The position numbers were made by a program, and so were the translations under genes. Below the pieces are notes generated by a model. That model worked only from the letters and a program-made list of their open reading frames with translations. It was not told the DNA's origin and did no database searches. From NCBI GenBank assembly GCA_964187785.1, contig OZ076409.1, forward strand, positions 36,644,001 to 36,708,000: a stretch of 64,000 bases of DNA. The letters are read 5' to 3'. This stretch comes from Amphiscolops sp. MND2022 (taxonomy: Eukaryota). Of this stretch, positions 37,532 through 50,932 are shown piece by piece; the stretch's first letter is position 1, and every line of letters begins with the position of its first letter.

Positions 37532-38848
37532 TACTTTCACCCTAACAAATAAACTGACTTTGTCTGATAATTTATTCACCCAAAAGTCTTGATGCTATTC
37601 ATCTTAAAATTGAATAGAGACAAAAAAAACTAAGGCTTCTGTTTAAAATTGTACGGACTTGTAGAACTGTATTCTGATAAATCTCCTGAATTGAAAAGAA
37701 CGTTCGTCTATTTCATTGACGCTAAATTTCCCTAATATTCTGCACGAAATTTAAATAAGTAAAGTTATATTACTTCGGTGAAAATAAATATTTTTTTTGC
37801 TCATAAGACATAAGAGACTGACAAATATAAGTGTGGGAATAAATACTGCTATGTCCATAAAATTTTGCTCTATATTTACGTCGGTTCGCTTGATGTAATT
37901 CAAAATATTTATTTCCCATGTTTTTCTTTTTCCAGATAGCTCATTTACATAAACTGCCTTGCACATACTCACGCAACTTCCTTTGTCCGCACGTACACGC
38001 AAGGCACTTCTTTCCAGTACTACGCAGAGTAAGCTATAGAGACTTTCTTACTCACACCCAATTAATAAAGGAACGGTTGTATAGAAGAAATTTGCAAAAA
38101 GCCACAGAAGCTGAACTGACTATTATTAATAACAATTGAACAGTCCCTTGAAAAGAGAAAACAGTAAATATTAAAATTTATCCATGCGTGCGACATATTA
38201 GAAAACTCTCATCAGTCCCACGGACCAAACAATAACCGAGGATGTCACCCTTATGACTTCGAAAACGAATTTTCTCAATAGACAATCTCAAAAATTTGTT
38301 AAAAGTTTTTTAATCCAATTTTTTTCACAAAATATCTTCGGAAAGTCGCGCAATGCCCTCAATGCTCACAAAACGTTGCTTCTGCTAAAAATAAAAGGCG
38401 GGCATTTCGGTTGTTTCTGAAATTTCGGAAAAGTCGCATGGTACGGAGAATGCCTAAGGATGTGATCTTTTCGCTGCAAACATAACTGAAAACTTTTCAA
38501 AAAAGTCTCATAGTGCCGAAAAACGCATGAGAGGGGACCCTTTGGGCTTTTCTATCATCCAATTGGTTTAGAAGTTTAAAATAACTAAAGATGGGACCCT
38601 TTGGCGACCTCAAAAATTTCCCACGAATGTCTGACAATTCCGAGAAAAAAACAGTATAATTGTTTCAGAAAAAAACTATCTACTGAGTGGTTTAGTTACG
38701 ACAAAAGCTTTGAGGACTATGGTAGTCAAAATTGGTACCCTTTGAAAGCATCCGAGAATGCTTTCTAGTAATGTAGTAAAGCCTAAAGAAATTCTGTAAA
38801 AAGTGGACCTTTCACTGTGAGGTTTGTGGTCTGGAGAAAAAAAAGAAA

Positions 38849-39348
38849 AACAAGACGGGAACGTCTAAATTCGGCGCTATATCTAAGGCTCAAAAAGCGC
38901 AAAGTTTTTGAAACATGCCCAGGACATATTTATGAAAAGCTCCAAAAACAATTTCGAGACACCCAAAGGGTGCCTTTCATGCTCGATATGACTCGGAAAC
39001 CACTTTTTTCCCAACGAGGACTCTTTGTCACGTCCCGTTTGTAGGTTACGTTAAAAAAGTAAAAAAAAGAAAGGGGGACCCTTTGAACTAAGTTTTTCTT
39101 GGCCGGATTTGGCCTGAGTAGTTTTAGTACTTTCTGTAAAAAGTGGACCGATCAGTGTGAGGTCTGTCATCTGAAGAAAAAAAGTTGACGGTTAGAGTCG
39201 GGCATTTTTTCTCAGAAGGAAAAAGCGCCGACTAAAAGTGGTCACTGTAAGAGTCGGGCATTTTTCCTTAAATGGAAAAAGCGCCGACTAAAAAGGGGTC
39301 ACTGTAAGAGTCGGACATTTTTGGTTCACAGAAAGCACCGACTAAAAA
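38849..39348 (-). mobile_element. Family A Helentron-like element with triplicated terminal unit; preceded by another partial copy (~38200-38845)
   Basis: AACAAGACGGGAACGTCTAAATTCGGCGC start; three tandem AGTCGGGC...GCGCCGACTAAAA units at ~39190-39348. Confidence 0.75.
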
Positions 39349-40815
39349 GGCCTATGTGGTCCATTTTAGCTTCCGTTCTTTTTTTAAAGAAAGAAGAAAA
39401 ACTGCCTATTCCTATTTGGAAAACTGCAAGATCTTTATTTTTTAATTGAGCTTTGTGGAATCTGATACTCGCAAAAACACCATAAATTGTCCAAAAAACT
39501 ACAATTTATGGTCGAAAATTAATATTTTGGACCCTTTTCGGGGCGTTTTTCCTAATTTTAAATGAGAATATGCTCAATACAAGAAAAAGCAAAATTGGTA
39601 ATTGTTTTGTTCTGAACTGCATGGTTACTCAACTCTCAAGTCCGCGAATTTTCAGAAAAATTTAACTGTTTGCTTGAAAATTGATATAGAAGAAAAAAAA
39701 GTTCGTCTCCCAGGAAGACCCACGGAGTGGACGTTGACTAAACATTTCAGCTTTTCAACAGCGGTGCAGTAGTTGTCGGCTGAAAATTGTTATTTTAAAC
39801 TGACTTGTCAATGTCAGAACGGTTTGACGGCTCGTCGTTGGACTTTCAAATTGTTTCCCAAGCCCATTGTCATGACCAAACCTGTTATGGCGCAAAAGTT
39901 TCACATGTATTCGAATTGACTCATCTAAAATAGTATGTCACGGTTACGCATTTGGGGCTTATAAATCGATGAAGATGATTTTTTTTCATTATATACATTG
40001 TAAAACAAAATTTTAACTTTAGCAATTTTTTTTGCATTCAATTTGTATATTCAATCAAGTTATTCATTTTATGATATTCCAAATAAAAACCTGTCGATTT
40101 TTACTAATAATATGAATAATTACTTTGATTTAACGAAATTTCGAGTATTAGTGTTAGAATTGGAAGTTTGAACGGGCTCAAAAATCTTCACAAAAGAGGA
40201 GAGATGCAGGCTACAATCAACGTAGTTGATTTTAGTCCACATAATTATTTTTCGAAAGAAGTTTGACATCGGGTCTTCATTGAAAATCGAAACATTCAAC
40301 CAATTTTAAGATATTTTATTTTCTACGAATTGTCTGTGACTGGATATGAACTACTTTTGTTTCTTATCATGTGTCTTCGATTTCATTTTTTGTATGAATC
40401 ATGTTTTTGATTGTTTCACTTCTAACAGAAAATAATTCACGCTTTATAGCGACATTGATTCTTTACATGTATTTATTTATCTGCTTAACTATGTACTTTC
40501 TTCGACAGTTCGTAATTATAATTTAACATAGAACCTAATCAATAATTTGCGTAATTTATCAGCGAGATAACTAGAACTGCCGTTTTATTCAACTGACAGT
40601 TATTTAGCGGTTTGAATTTCACGTTTCTGGATCATTTGGTGCTTACGTTAGTCAAAAATAAACCGTTTGAGCATTTTATTTCGGTAAAGAATTCTGGAAT
40701 TTTGCTAAATTCTTGGAGCTCAGTAATACTTTACTTCAATCAAATTGAATCAATATAATTTTTCTGTCGTTGTTCCAATTAAAAATTACCAGTATTAAAA
40801 ACTTACTTATTCAAT

Positions 40816-40936
40816 AGTTTAGGTTTTCAAAGTTGATATATGTGGAGCATCGTTGGTTATCATTTTTTGTTAAAAGTTTTAACAAAAAATGATAACCAAC
40901 GATGCTCCACATATATTAACTTTGAAAACCTAAACT
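40816..40936. repeat. Near-perfect palindrome, 121 bp
   Basis: 60-bp arms around a single G (TTAAAA-G-TTTTAA). Confidence 0.95.
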
Positions 40937-41075
40937 TCCAACTCCCTGAACGTAAAACTACCTCATTTTCTGTCACAGACTACCTTAAACTTGAATATCA
41001 AAAAACTACCTAGAATGCAATGATCCAGACTATCCAGATATCTTTTACCCAGAGTAAAGATCCAGAGTAGAGATT

Positions 41076-42590
41076 ATGTCGCGCAAGTTCGTACCAGACC
41101 ACGTGAACCTTCCCACGGTGCCTGGATCGCCTTCCACTGCGGAAGAGGAGACGATGGAGGACATAGAGACGGAAGACACAAACCCAAACATGGAAAACTT
41201 CAACTCGGAGCACGAAGTGTTTGTGGAACCGCATTCAGACGACAAACAAGAGTTCATCCCTGTTCCTAGGAAGCCATGCTCATCCATACAACATGTTACA
41301 AGATCATTTAGGCTTCGATGTTTATTCACAAGCAACAAGCTGTGGAACTTTCGTTTCCATTAAGGAGAGAAAAAAAAACAAAAATTAAGTTGAAATCGAT
41401 TCAAGTTTTGCATAAAAATGGAAGGATGGACATGGCTGTTCTCAGGTCTAATTTCTTCACAAACCCAATCTTGGAAGCTCCTCGGCCGGCAGTCACTGTC
41501 AATGTAGTCAGTGGGTCATTGAAAGGTCGCAGTCGTAAAGACACAAAAAGTGACTCTTCATCTAAGAGTCAGTCGCACAAATCATCTACGTCATCACTGA
41601 GTCGCGTGATGACCCCTGGAAACGTTTCCCGAGAAAGTGGGTACATAACCAGCACCCAGAGAACTGAAATTGGTTGGAATTTTTTTGCTTTTCTCCAGTT
41701 TTTGTGGCTAGAAATAGCCAAACATGTTGTATACGATTTTCGATTGTGTCTATCTTGAATATTGCGCATGTTGTGGCGCAATCCAAAAAAGCCTCTGTTT
41801 TGTTTTAAAAGAGAAACTCACTAGAAAGTATAAAATTTTCGTTTGGGGAAAACAAAAAATTGCCAGGTATCATCAGTCCCAGCAGAACTGGATCGTATAG
41901 GAGCGAAACTGGTGTTAGAGTCACCCATAGACAAACATCTATGGAAACGCCTGGATCTGTTGCAACTACAAGTTCCCAACGTTACAGAGAATTACCTCAA
42001 GTGTTTTTCAACGCCAACAGTCGGAGAAAATCTTCTGCTGAAGGTTAGAATCAAGAAAATGCCTGGTTAGAGTTCATGATCAGTGTTTGACTTGGTGATT
42101 CGTTTGAAGGGCGAGAAGTGACTGCGTCAACCGCTTCGAGCAGATCTGTGGTGAATTCAGGCACCGTTCAAACTGCCCATGAAAACCTGGAAGATTCGGA
42201 AGATTTTGTATTCACAGATTCTTGCACTGCAAGTGATCAGAACAGCGAAGGGAAGCGTGTACAGATAGCAGTTGGTTTTCGATTTGTAGTTCTTGCGAAA
42301 CAAAGAAAACCCAAAATTTTCATTTCTGGTATTTCAGACACCTAGCGGCGGCACGAAAAATTTTTCGCCCTCCAAGTCTTCGCATTCCCAAGCAGTCTCG
42401 TCGGGTCCGACAGGAAAAAGGTCATACGACACATTGTCATCGGTAGAATCTTTGAAGTCTCCTCTCAAAGTGTCCTCGAAAAGGTCATCTGTAATAGCCG
42501 AGGAACAACAAAACCAACTTGAAGAATCGCTACTTCTGGATTTAAGCACTCTAGGATCTTCTCCTCGAAATAGAGTCGGTGGTTCTTCGG
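41076..42590 (+). CDS. Same-strand nested gene, exons 1-5 (approx. 41076-41269, 41446-41640, 41877-42043, 42110-42258, 42338-42590); acidic then Ser-rich low-complexity protein
   Basis: ATG at 41076 and a chain of phase-compatible AG/GT-bounded ORFs with consistent S/T/G/E/K composition. The first donor is ambiguous. Confidence 0.65.
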
Positions 42591-43177
42591 GTACTTCTCT
42601 TTCTTCATTTTCTTAGTTTTTTGCCCACATACCAACCTTCTAACATCCGAATTAAATTGGATATGGTTCTAACTGTGCTGTTTTCTGCCCCCGCTATCAA
42701 AATATTTTAAAGGAAATTTACGAGAAAATTTTTGAACTGGCCGAAATAAAAGTATTTTTTTGATAACAGGAAGTTAACGTCGATTAAAATAGTTTTTCGT
42801 TTGAGCAAACACTTTTCACAAAGTTTGACTGTGATTATGCTCGAATCAACGTTTCGTTTCACTCAAAATCAAAACAAAGTGTAAGTTGTCACGCTAAAAA
42901 AAATGTTTAAAATGAAGGTTTCTGGTCTGGTTTTGGGTTTTTTAAAACTTTTAAAGCTTGGAAAAACCTAAATCAAAAAGAATGTAGTAGAATACAGTAG
43001 ATCCAAAGTTTGATACTTTCGAAATCATCAAACTTTCTGAACATGAAAGCAGTTCTTTTTATATCAATTGACTGTTTGTAACAAAAATTTAGAAAATCCG
43101 CGAAAACGATCGTTTCACATGTATAACTGACTCACACAGCCATAAAGCGTTTTGTAATATTGACAACGTTTCAAAAG

Positions 43178-45770
43178 ACAAGACGCCTGCTGACCAGCGG
43201 GATATATTCCGCCAAAAACTGTCCCACTACGACGTGATTTTGAGGCTCAAAAGTAGGCAATGCACTATGAAAACGCATAGAAGTTCGAAGGAATGAAAGT
43301 TGTCAACTTTTTGATTCATCCTTTCCCATTTTTAGGGGGAACACCTGATTCGAGAATACGTGAAGTACCGATTTGTCTTGTTGTTGAACTAAGTGAACAC
43401 CAGTACCTAACCTACCAAATATTTATGTTTATATACACGAAAAGTCACTAAATGTTTGAAAAAAAGAGGTTTTCCACTCTTTTGGGTAATTTTGACGCGC
43501 TTTTCAAACACCAAACTGCACATATCTTCTGAAAAACGCCTACTGGATATCGGACTCAGTGGATGGTGTATATTCACACCAATCTAGCACGCCAAAAAGT
43601 TGAAAGGCTTTCCAAAAATTGCATGAGAATGTCCAACACTTTTCGGTTTTTTGGGGTTTTCCTTTGTTGTTTTTTTTGTACCAGAAAAATAAAAATTGCA
43701 AAAGTTCCAGTTGGAAGGCGCACTTATTAGGTAGTCGTTTCGTCTTCCTAATGAAAAACAAATACTGAACAGAAAGGTCGAAAAAAAACATGATTCTGAG
43801 GAATTGTTTCAGAACCAATAGGTAGTTTTTGCAGTAGTGCAATTTCGTTTCTAAACCCGTACTGGTAACTACATGCTTCAACCCTGAGCCTCTGTAGTTT
43901 CTAATTTAGAAAAACGTTCTGAAAATGTCCATAAATGGGAAAATAAGGTCAATAAACTAGAAACTTTGGAGTTAATAACTCCTTTGTTCCAATATTCAAA
44001 GAACTTTATCCCATTTTCTTGCCCAAGTCGTGTTTTGAAAAGCCTATTGTTTTCACGTTCAGGTCAATAGAAGTTTTTTCTACAAAACTATTGTGAATCG
44101 AACAAAAACTGGCGCTTAATAAAAGGAAATTAGAACGGGGGAAAATAACGAATAAGCAACAGCAATTTTCTCCAAAAATATAAAACTTACGCGTTTGATC
44201 GTTGTTGAAGGTTTTCATCATTCTACCACAAGAAACTTCGGGACAATTTTACAAATCTTGCAAGAAAGATATCAATTTTGAATAATTTGAGATTTAGACG
44301 GTTTTTGTCAATTTGTGGTATTGTTCATTCTAAAAATCAGCCATTTTTAAGTTAAAGGAAGTACTGCCTTGCTAGATAATTCGTTTGGAGTCTAAGTTTT
44401 CTTCTAATTTCCAGTCTTTAATCAAAAAGTCTACAAAACAAATCTAGAAAAGTGATAAAATGTTAATTTCCGACACCTTTGAGGGCAATTTGCATACACA
44501 AACAAAAGCATGCGGACATCTCTTCGAAAAGCCTACTTGTGAAAAGTTTCATTCCCCTTCGAACCATTTCAACTTTTTAAGTACAAATATTCTCAAAATT
44601 TTGATCAAAGTTACATAAAAACTTCAGAAAAAACAGAACTGTCCGATCTTGCGTCTCATTTGGAGTCTTTCTGAAGTGTTTTTCTGAAGAACGTACCACT
44701 GCAACTTTCTCAACGAGAAGGTGCAATTCACAGCTAAATTTTTCGTCTGTGAACTTTCATAAAAAAAGTAGCAACTTGCATTTTTTATATATTCTGATTT
44801 CAAAACGTTTCTAAGATTAAACACGTTGCATAACAACGTGAAGATTTCGGATTTTTAAAATTTTTTGTCCCATTTGGAGTCATTCTGAAGTGTTTTTGAA
44901 GCAAAAAAAAGCAAAAAATGTACTGCATATCTGGTGCCGTCGTCTTTGAATGTTTCGAAGCTTCTAACCCATGCAAACCCTCGGAAAGTGAACCAAATTG
45001 TATGAAAAATGACAAAGCTAGAAAATTTTGGAATATGTTTTTTTTGTGTCCTTATGAGACTTTTTTACATCTAACTCAAGCATTTATCTCTTCACAAAAG
45101 TCTACTGGACAACGACTTTTTCTTGTTGAATGCTTTCACAATTTATTCTGCAATTTCTATGAAAAATTTGATAGTTGTTGCATAAAATTGTGGAAACTCG
45201 AGTTTCCGTCAATTTCATTTTCAATTTGAGGCTTTTTTTTATCGGAACACTGCATTTAGTTTTCAAGAAAAACCTCCTGGATAACATTTTTTCTTGTTGC
45301 GTCTTTCATCTTTCTAAGCAATGCAGTCTACCGATAATTAGACAAAATTTGCAAAAAATATGTAAAAAAGAATCTGAAATTTTCGGAACTTTTGTCAATT
45401 TCGGTAAAACTTTGAGGCATTATTCCATCGAAACGCTGCTTTTATTTTATCAGAAAAACCTCCGGGACAATAAATTTTTTAAATTGAACGTTTATAACAT
45501 TCTAAGCCACCAAGCCTGCGAAAAATGCATAAAAACAGTAAAAATTGGTTTTTGGTGTCTTTTTGTGTCATTCTGCGGTTCTTCGGGTCAACTAAAAAAG
45601 TCCAAAAATCTCAACAAAACGATATCGCATAAAACTAAGTTTACCCCCCATGGAATTCCTTGGGTGAAACCCTTTAACTTGGTTTTAAATTTGAACATGG
45701 CAAATTTTGTTAAAAAAACGCGGCTGATTCAAATATTTTCTTTTCCCATATAAAATATGGGCGGGTGTAA
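43178..45770 (-). mobile_element. Family B Helentron-like element in an intron of the nested same-strand gene
   Basis: ACAAGACGCCTGCTGACCAGCGGGATATATTCCGCC (reverse complement of the 3' end) at 43178; reverse complement of the 5' end (ATTTTCTTTTCCCATATAAAATATGGGCGG) at ~45735-45765. Confidence 0.7.
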
Positions 45771-45815
45771 TAAGAAAAAGCAAGAGTCTCGTGGGTATTT
45801 GTTGTATGTATTCAG

Positions 45816-48800
45816 CTCAGATGTACAACAACAGCATGCCAGCAGCACCCTCGTTGTACCCTGGGGCAACTCATAGTTCCGACAGTTCTTCTCTACTCGC
45901 TCCACAAATAAGAATTCATCTAACACATCAAGACAATCGTGGTCAACTTGATTCAAGGCTGGTATCGTCTCCAATTCTCAATGGGATTCATAAATCTCCC
46001 GCTTTATGAATAACTTTTGACAAAAACAATGTTACAAATGAGCAAAAGGGTAACCCGATAATTTGAACGAACAGAACGGTATTGACGAAATCTGAAATTC
46101 ATACGGCAATGGACTTTCAGGGACATTTTGAGCAAGTTTTTGTTTAATGCAATCTTTATCCCGCTGTAAACTCAAAAGATGACAGTTTAATATGAAAACA
46201 AACAAAATTAGAGATCTGCCAATTCTTCTGATTATTCAATGTCATCCATGTTTTTGACCAATTGTTTGTCTACACGAATACAGCCAATTGACTGCAGACA
46301 ATGTATGGCTTCAGTGATGCTTTTATTCCACGTATCCGCTTGCAAAAGTTCGAGTTTTCCAGGTCAATTCATCCTAGTTCCTGGGGCAGAACCCCTGTGT
46401 CTTTTCCATCTATGCCGACTTCGAGAACAACGAACTCCTCTGGGAGTGGCTCTTCCTTCTCTTCCTACAGTCCTTCGTTCTCCCATCAGTACTCCAGCCC
46501 CGAGAAAACAAACAACCATAGGGACCGAGAGAGATTTCCTTCCGACATCAGGACTATGACCTACAGCAGTTACACTGAGGTGCCTTGCTCTACTTGCGAC
46601 AACGAAAGTTTCTCCAGGTTTCAAACTTTGCCAGTGGTTTCAGCAAAAAATGTTAACCACAAGTCTCAAGGCGACAAAATCAATAATTGAATTTGAAATG
46701 AAATGTTTTCGTCACAGGAGCTATGAAGAATTTATGCAAACGGAGCACATCACCGGAGATGGAACCCAGCGAAACTATATGAGTTTGTTCACAGGCACTG
46801 AAATCCCACTTCTAACTCGCAGCGTTAGGACTCAATGTTTTCTATATCTTCCCCGGTTTTCGAAAATGGTAAAAAGTGGTATTCAAATAACTAAACACAT
46901 ACTTTACCCCATTACTGTTATCAAAAATCCTTGCTCTTAATTGTATAGACGGGACTATAGTGAGCTCGAAACTTCAACAGACAATTGATAAATTGCTGAT
47001 CGGAAAAGAATATTTGATAGTTTTGTTCAAGTCTTCGTATTATGATCATAGGAAATCTATTTTAGTAGTTTTACATTAAAGATGCCATTTTTACGCCAGG
47101 GGGAGACAACAACAACTAGACCTTTTTCGTTCGGACAACAACTCCACCCTGACTTATTACGTCACACAGCGTCCAATTTGAGTGACACAATCGCTGCTAA
47201 TTTTGGTCGTCTTCAGAAGATACCGCCCGTTGTAAGGACAGCGATGAGTGCGCAAGAAGTGAAAAGCAAAGGATCTAGGTTCGGTTCTAGCTCCACCTCA
47301 TCCTCTTCAAAGCGTGCAGAAACTGCGAATGAGGATACTCCTGGAGATAGTGCAAGTGCAGATGACACGGGAACTGCGAAGAAGACTTGTGAGGTCGTGC
47401 AGAGTTTGGTCGATGATATTGAGTCAGAGGCAGGGATTAAAGAACCGGGTTATAATAAATAGTTAGGAGTTAACTCCTCAGAAAGACAGACTCCTCGCAG
47501 GAAATTGAGTGCACTCGATTTACAGAAACTTATTGACACGTTGGAATGAGGATGTGCAAGATTATTGTATTTTTTGGAGATTTTTCGAAAATCAAAACAA
47601 GCTCATGAGGACCCTTTTATGAGCAAACAGCTCATTGTCTCAGAAGTTTTTCCTAATTCCTTTCGACCATGAATTCCTGTCTATTCCGTTTGCTTTGATG
47701 AAAAATGTCAATGCTAACTCTTCATCCCTTCAACGGGGCAATCGCCTTTTGGGAGTATTTTCTGGCATTGATTTCGTCTGTGTTTGACTTATGTTGTTTT
47801 TATAATTCAGCCAAATAAATCAAATATTATTAATATTAAAATACCGTTTAATCCTCTACCATGGTTTATTAACATTACTTAACCCTACGTTTGTTTGGCT
47901 GTCATTCATAATCCCTGCTGGGACCCTGCAGGATGTGAACGGAGAAGAGGAGGATTTTGAGGAGGAGCTGGAAGGGGGAGAAGAAGAAGAGGAAGCAGCA
48001 GAGTTGGGGGAAGAAGAGGGGAGAGCTAGTGAAGGTACCAGGGTTGTTGAATGACTCATTCATTCAAGACTCTCATTTTCACCTGAACTATCTAACTGGT
48101 TTCTAACAGACAGGAATCATCCCAGCGTGATTCTAACAGAATATTAACTTTTGTACAAAGAAACAACTTCGAGCCAAGCTGGCAACGCTAAGGACCGTCA
48201 ATTCATGTTATTATTTTTTATGCTAATTTTTTCGAAAATTCTGCGAAACTAATCAAACAACATCTGTGTGTATAGTTTGGTGTATACAGATTGTGTATAA
48301 ACATGTAGTTTTTGACATCCCTGACAGGCACTCAACTGGGGGGAGCAAGCACCCAAGAGTCTGTCAAGTTCTCAAGGACAGGATACACGGTGCCTACCAG
48401 CAGCCAAGACCAGCAAAGCACAAACAGCAAGACCTCCCTGAGAGAGAGGGTAGCTAAGTCGGCCGCCACTAAAAGCAGTGTCTCGTGGAAACCCTCTATT
48501 AAGACATATTCATCAAACTCCATGAAAGACACTGAGCTCAGCTTCGTACGTTATCATGATAACCTTCTCTTCAATTGCTGTGTCTTAAAGAGGACTTTCC
48601 TTGTTTCAGGAACACGCATTTGAGGATGTTTTTAAAAGATTAGATAAAAGTAACCTTGACAAAATATGTCTATTTCTTATTCCAGCCAAAACGCTGTTGT
48701 TTTTGATTTCTATTCAAGCCATCTTTCCACGGTAATTCACAAAAAACGCATTTTCAGTGTTTCCTATCATTATACTTGCTAGTTTGTTGACAATATTACA

Positions 48801-50660
48801 CAAGGAAAATTTAGAGGGAATAACTGTAGTTTGTAAAACTGACCAGGAAGAGTTTATCTGCACTGCTGGATCTGTATGTGACTGCACACAGACTGACGAG
48901 AGTGGTCTCACAAGAAGCAGCAAAAATAAATCCCAGGCCTCACAGAGCGAGGACTTGCTAATCGATGACCTTGAAGAGGATGCCAACGATGGGGGCATGC
49001 AGACCCTGGGGTCAAGTGGAGGCGTTATGAGAAGCACGACCAAACGTAGCAAGACTCCATCTAGGTCAACCGGTCCGACTAGATCTGTGGTCAAAGTACA
49101 TAAACTCACTTTGCGCTTGTGGTTCATGCAATTTTTGAAATTTCAAACGAACTTTTTTTAGACCGAAAGCGGAGAAGAATATTTTCTGCCAAATGCTTTC
49201 TTCCCGATAGTGACTCTTGATATTTTCTCGGTAGTGACTATGTAGTGTTTAAGAACAGTGTTTATTAACAGTTTAATAACAATAATAATTGAACTTGAGA
49301 AGTTTTTCCGATTTTTATAAACTCGCATGCATGTCATTAAGCAAAGTGAGTGTTGTAGAGCTTGAAAAGTGGCGGATCCGGTATGAATTCCAAGCAGCCA
49401 TCCTTGTCTAAAAAGTCGTTCGACTTCAGCAAGAAGTCAGGCAGCAAATCAGAACAGATAAGTGAAAAGAGCCGATCCGACTCGTTTAACCAAACCAGTT
49501 CGACCGGCCCCAAGTATGGGGAAGGTCTGTCTGGAGCAAGTTCCGAGATGAAAGGTTCTCAAAGTCTTTCGGGATCTGGAGGTAGTTTGGCAAAGAGTGA
49601 AACATTGACAGGAGAAAACCTGCGGGGTTCTTCGGTGAGAGTGGATACTGTAGTTCAAACTAGTGGGGATTCTGTTACTGGGTCCTCCAAACGAAGGACC
49701 CCATCACGAAGTACCACCCAGTCTTTCACCTCTCCAGCTTCGGGTAGTAAAATAAAAAGCGTGAAGTCTGTCAGCCAATCAAAGAAATCTTCCGGATCTA
49801 GAGCGGTGATGCCGGAACCTACACAAAGTGTTGCTGCATACCCGAAATCTTTGTCCAGCAGTGGCCCCAAGTTAGGCAGCAAGATGATCGCTCCCAAAGT
49901 AGGACCGTCATGGATTTGAACTTCTCACTCCGTAAAACTTTTAGTTTAGTGGCATCCCACTATTTTTATGTACTGTTGTAATGTAGTCTACACTGCCAGT
50001 TAGGCTACATACATGTAGGTTTAATCTGTTAGTTTCTGGTGTTAACGAGACCAAAGTTTAAAATTTTTCGCTATCGAGTGAACGATGTTTGATTTTTATC
50101 TTCGTTTTTCCTCAGATGTACCTGAAATTACCTCTTTCGCAACTGATTTCTACGAAATCTTTTGAAACGATGCGAAGAGTGGTCTAATTGTGAAAAAGTT
50201 AATCTCAAGCGGTTTCACGTTCCCGTTAGCTTTCAAGGTTAGCCCATCTGTCACTCAATTGTGCTTGATTATATTTTATGACGGCTCTTTGCTCAGGCGT
50301 CGTCAGTGGGGGGTGCTTATAACCGAAACCAAACTGGAGTTGGTACCAATGTCAGCATCAAGGCCCCTACAGCCCCGGGTGGCATGGCTGGAAGCAGCGC
50401 CGAGTCAGTTCGTAGTATGAGTCCAGCTTCATTCACAGCCGAAATAAAACTGGATCTCAAGGTAGACTTTGGCAAGGATGGTGCCATCATACAAGCACAG
50501 CCGATAGCTGCAGCGCCACCACAGAACTCCGCTGACGTTCAAAGCTCAACCGCTGGAAGTGGATCCACGTATGTGCGCAGTAGAGTACCGGACACACCGT
50601 CTTTGAAAAGCTCAACTCGGAGCACAGGATCTAAAAAATTAACGTCCACGCAGTCTTCGG
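45816..50660 (+). CDS. Same-strand nested gene, middle exons (approx. 45816-45961, 46298-46617, 46718-46823, 47217-47429, 47932-48034, 48328-48545, 48892-49095, 49359-49898, 50297-50660)
   Basis: Phase-consistent Ser/Gly/Thr/Lys-rich exons plus a poly-Glu exon (DVNGEEEDFEEELEGGEEEEE). Some boundaries (47217, 47429, 50660) are uncertain. Confidence 0.7.
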
Positions 50661-50932
50661 GGATGGATTTATATCCGACACTATCTCTTACGAAGTCTCA
50701 TAAACTTTGAACTAGTTTTTATTCAATTTTTCAACACTTTGACAAATATCAAAGCTGAGTTTAACTTAAGTAACAATTTGCTTTGTAATAGAAAATGCTT
50801 TCAATGCAAAAAGTGTATTTGAAGCTGTCGCTGATGAAACTATTGCAGTAGATCAAGAGTTTTATTCTTCCATAAGACCTGAAAAAGCATCGAAAAGAAC
50901 GATATAAATCAAGTGAAGCACGACGTCACCAG

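Noticed and set aside
41250..41276. Possible GA donor CCTAG|GAAGCC
   Set aside because: Phase fits, but a canonical phase-2 GT (GA|GTTCAT) and a GC option are nearby, so it cannot be resolved without cDNA.
42244..42262. Possible GG donor GAAG|GGAAGC
   Set aside because: Wrong phase for the next acceptor (42338); canonical CGT|GTACAG at 42259 fits.
45175..45753. 192-aa ORF, the longest in the track
   Set aside because: Lies within a reverse-oriented family B repeat; F/K/L/I-biased composition typical of chance AT-rich ORFs, with no Rep/helicase motif.
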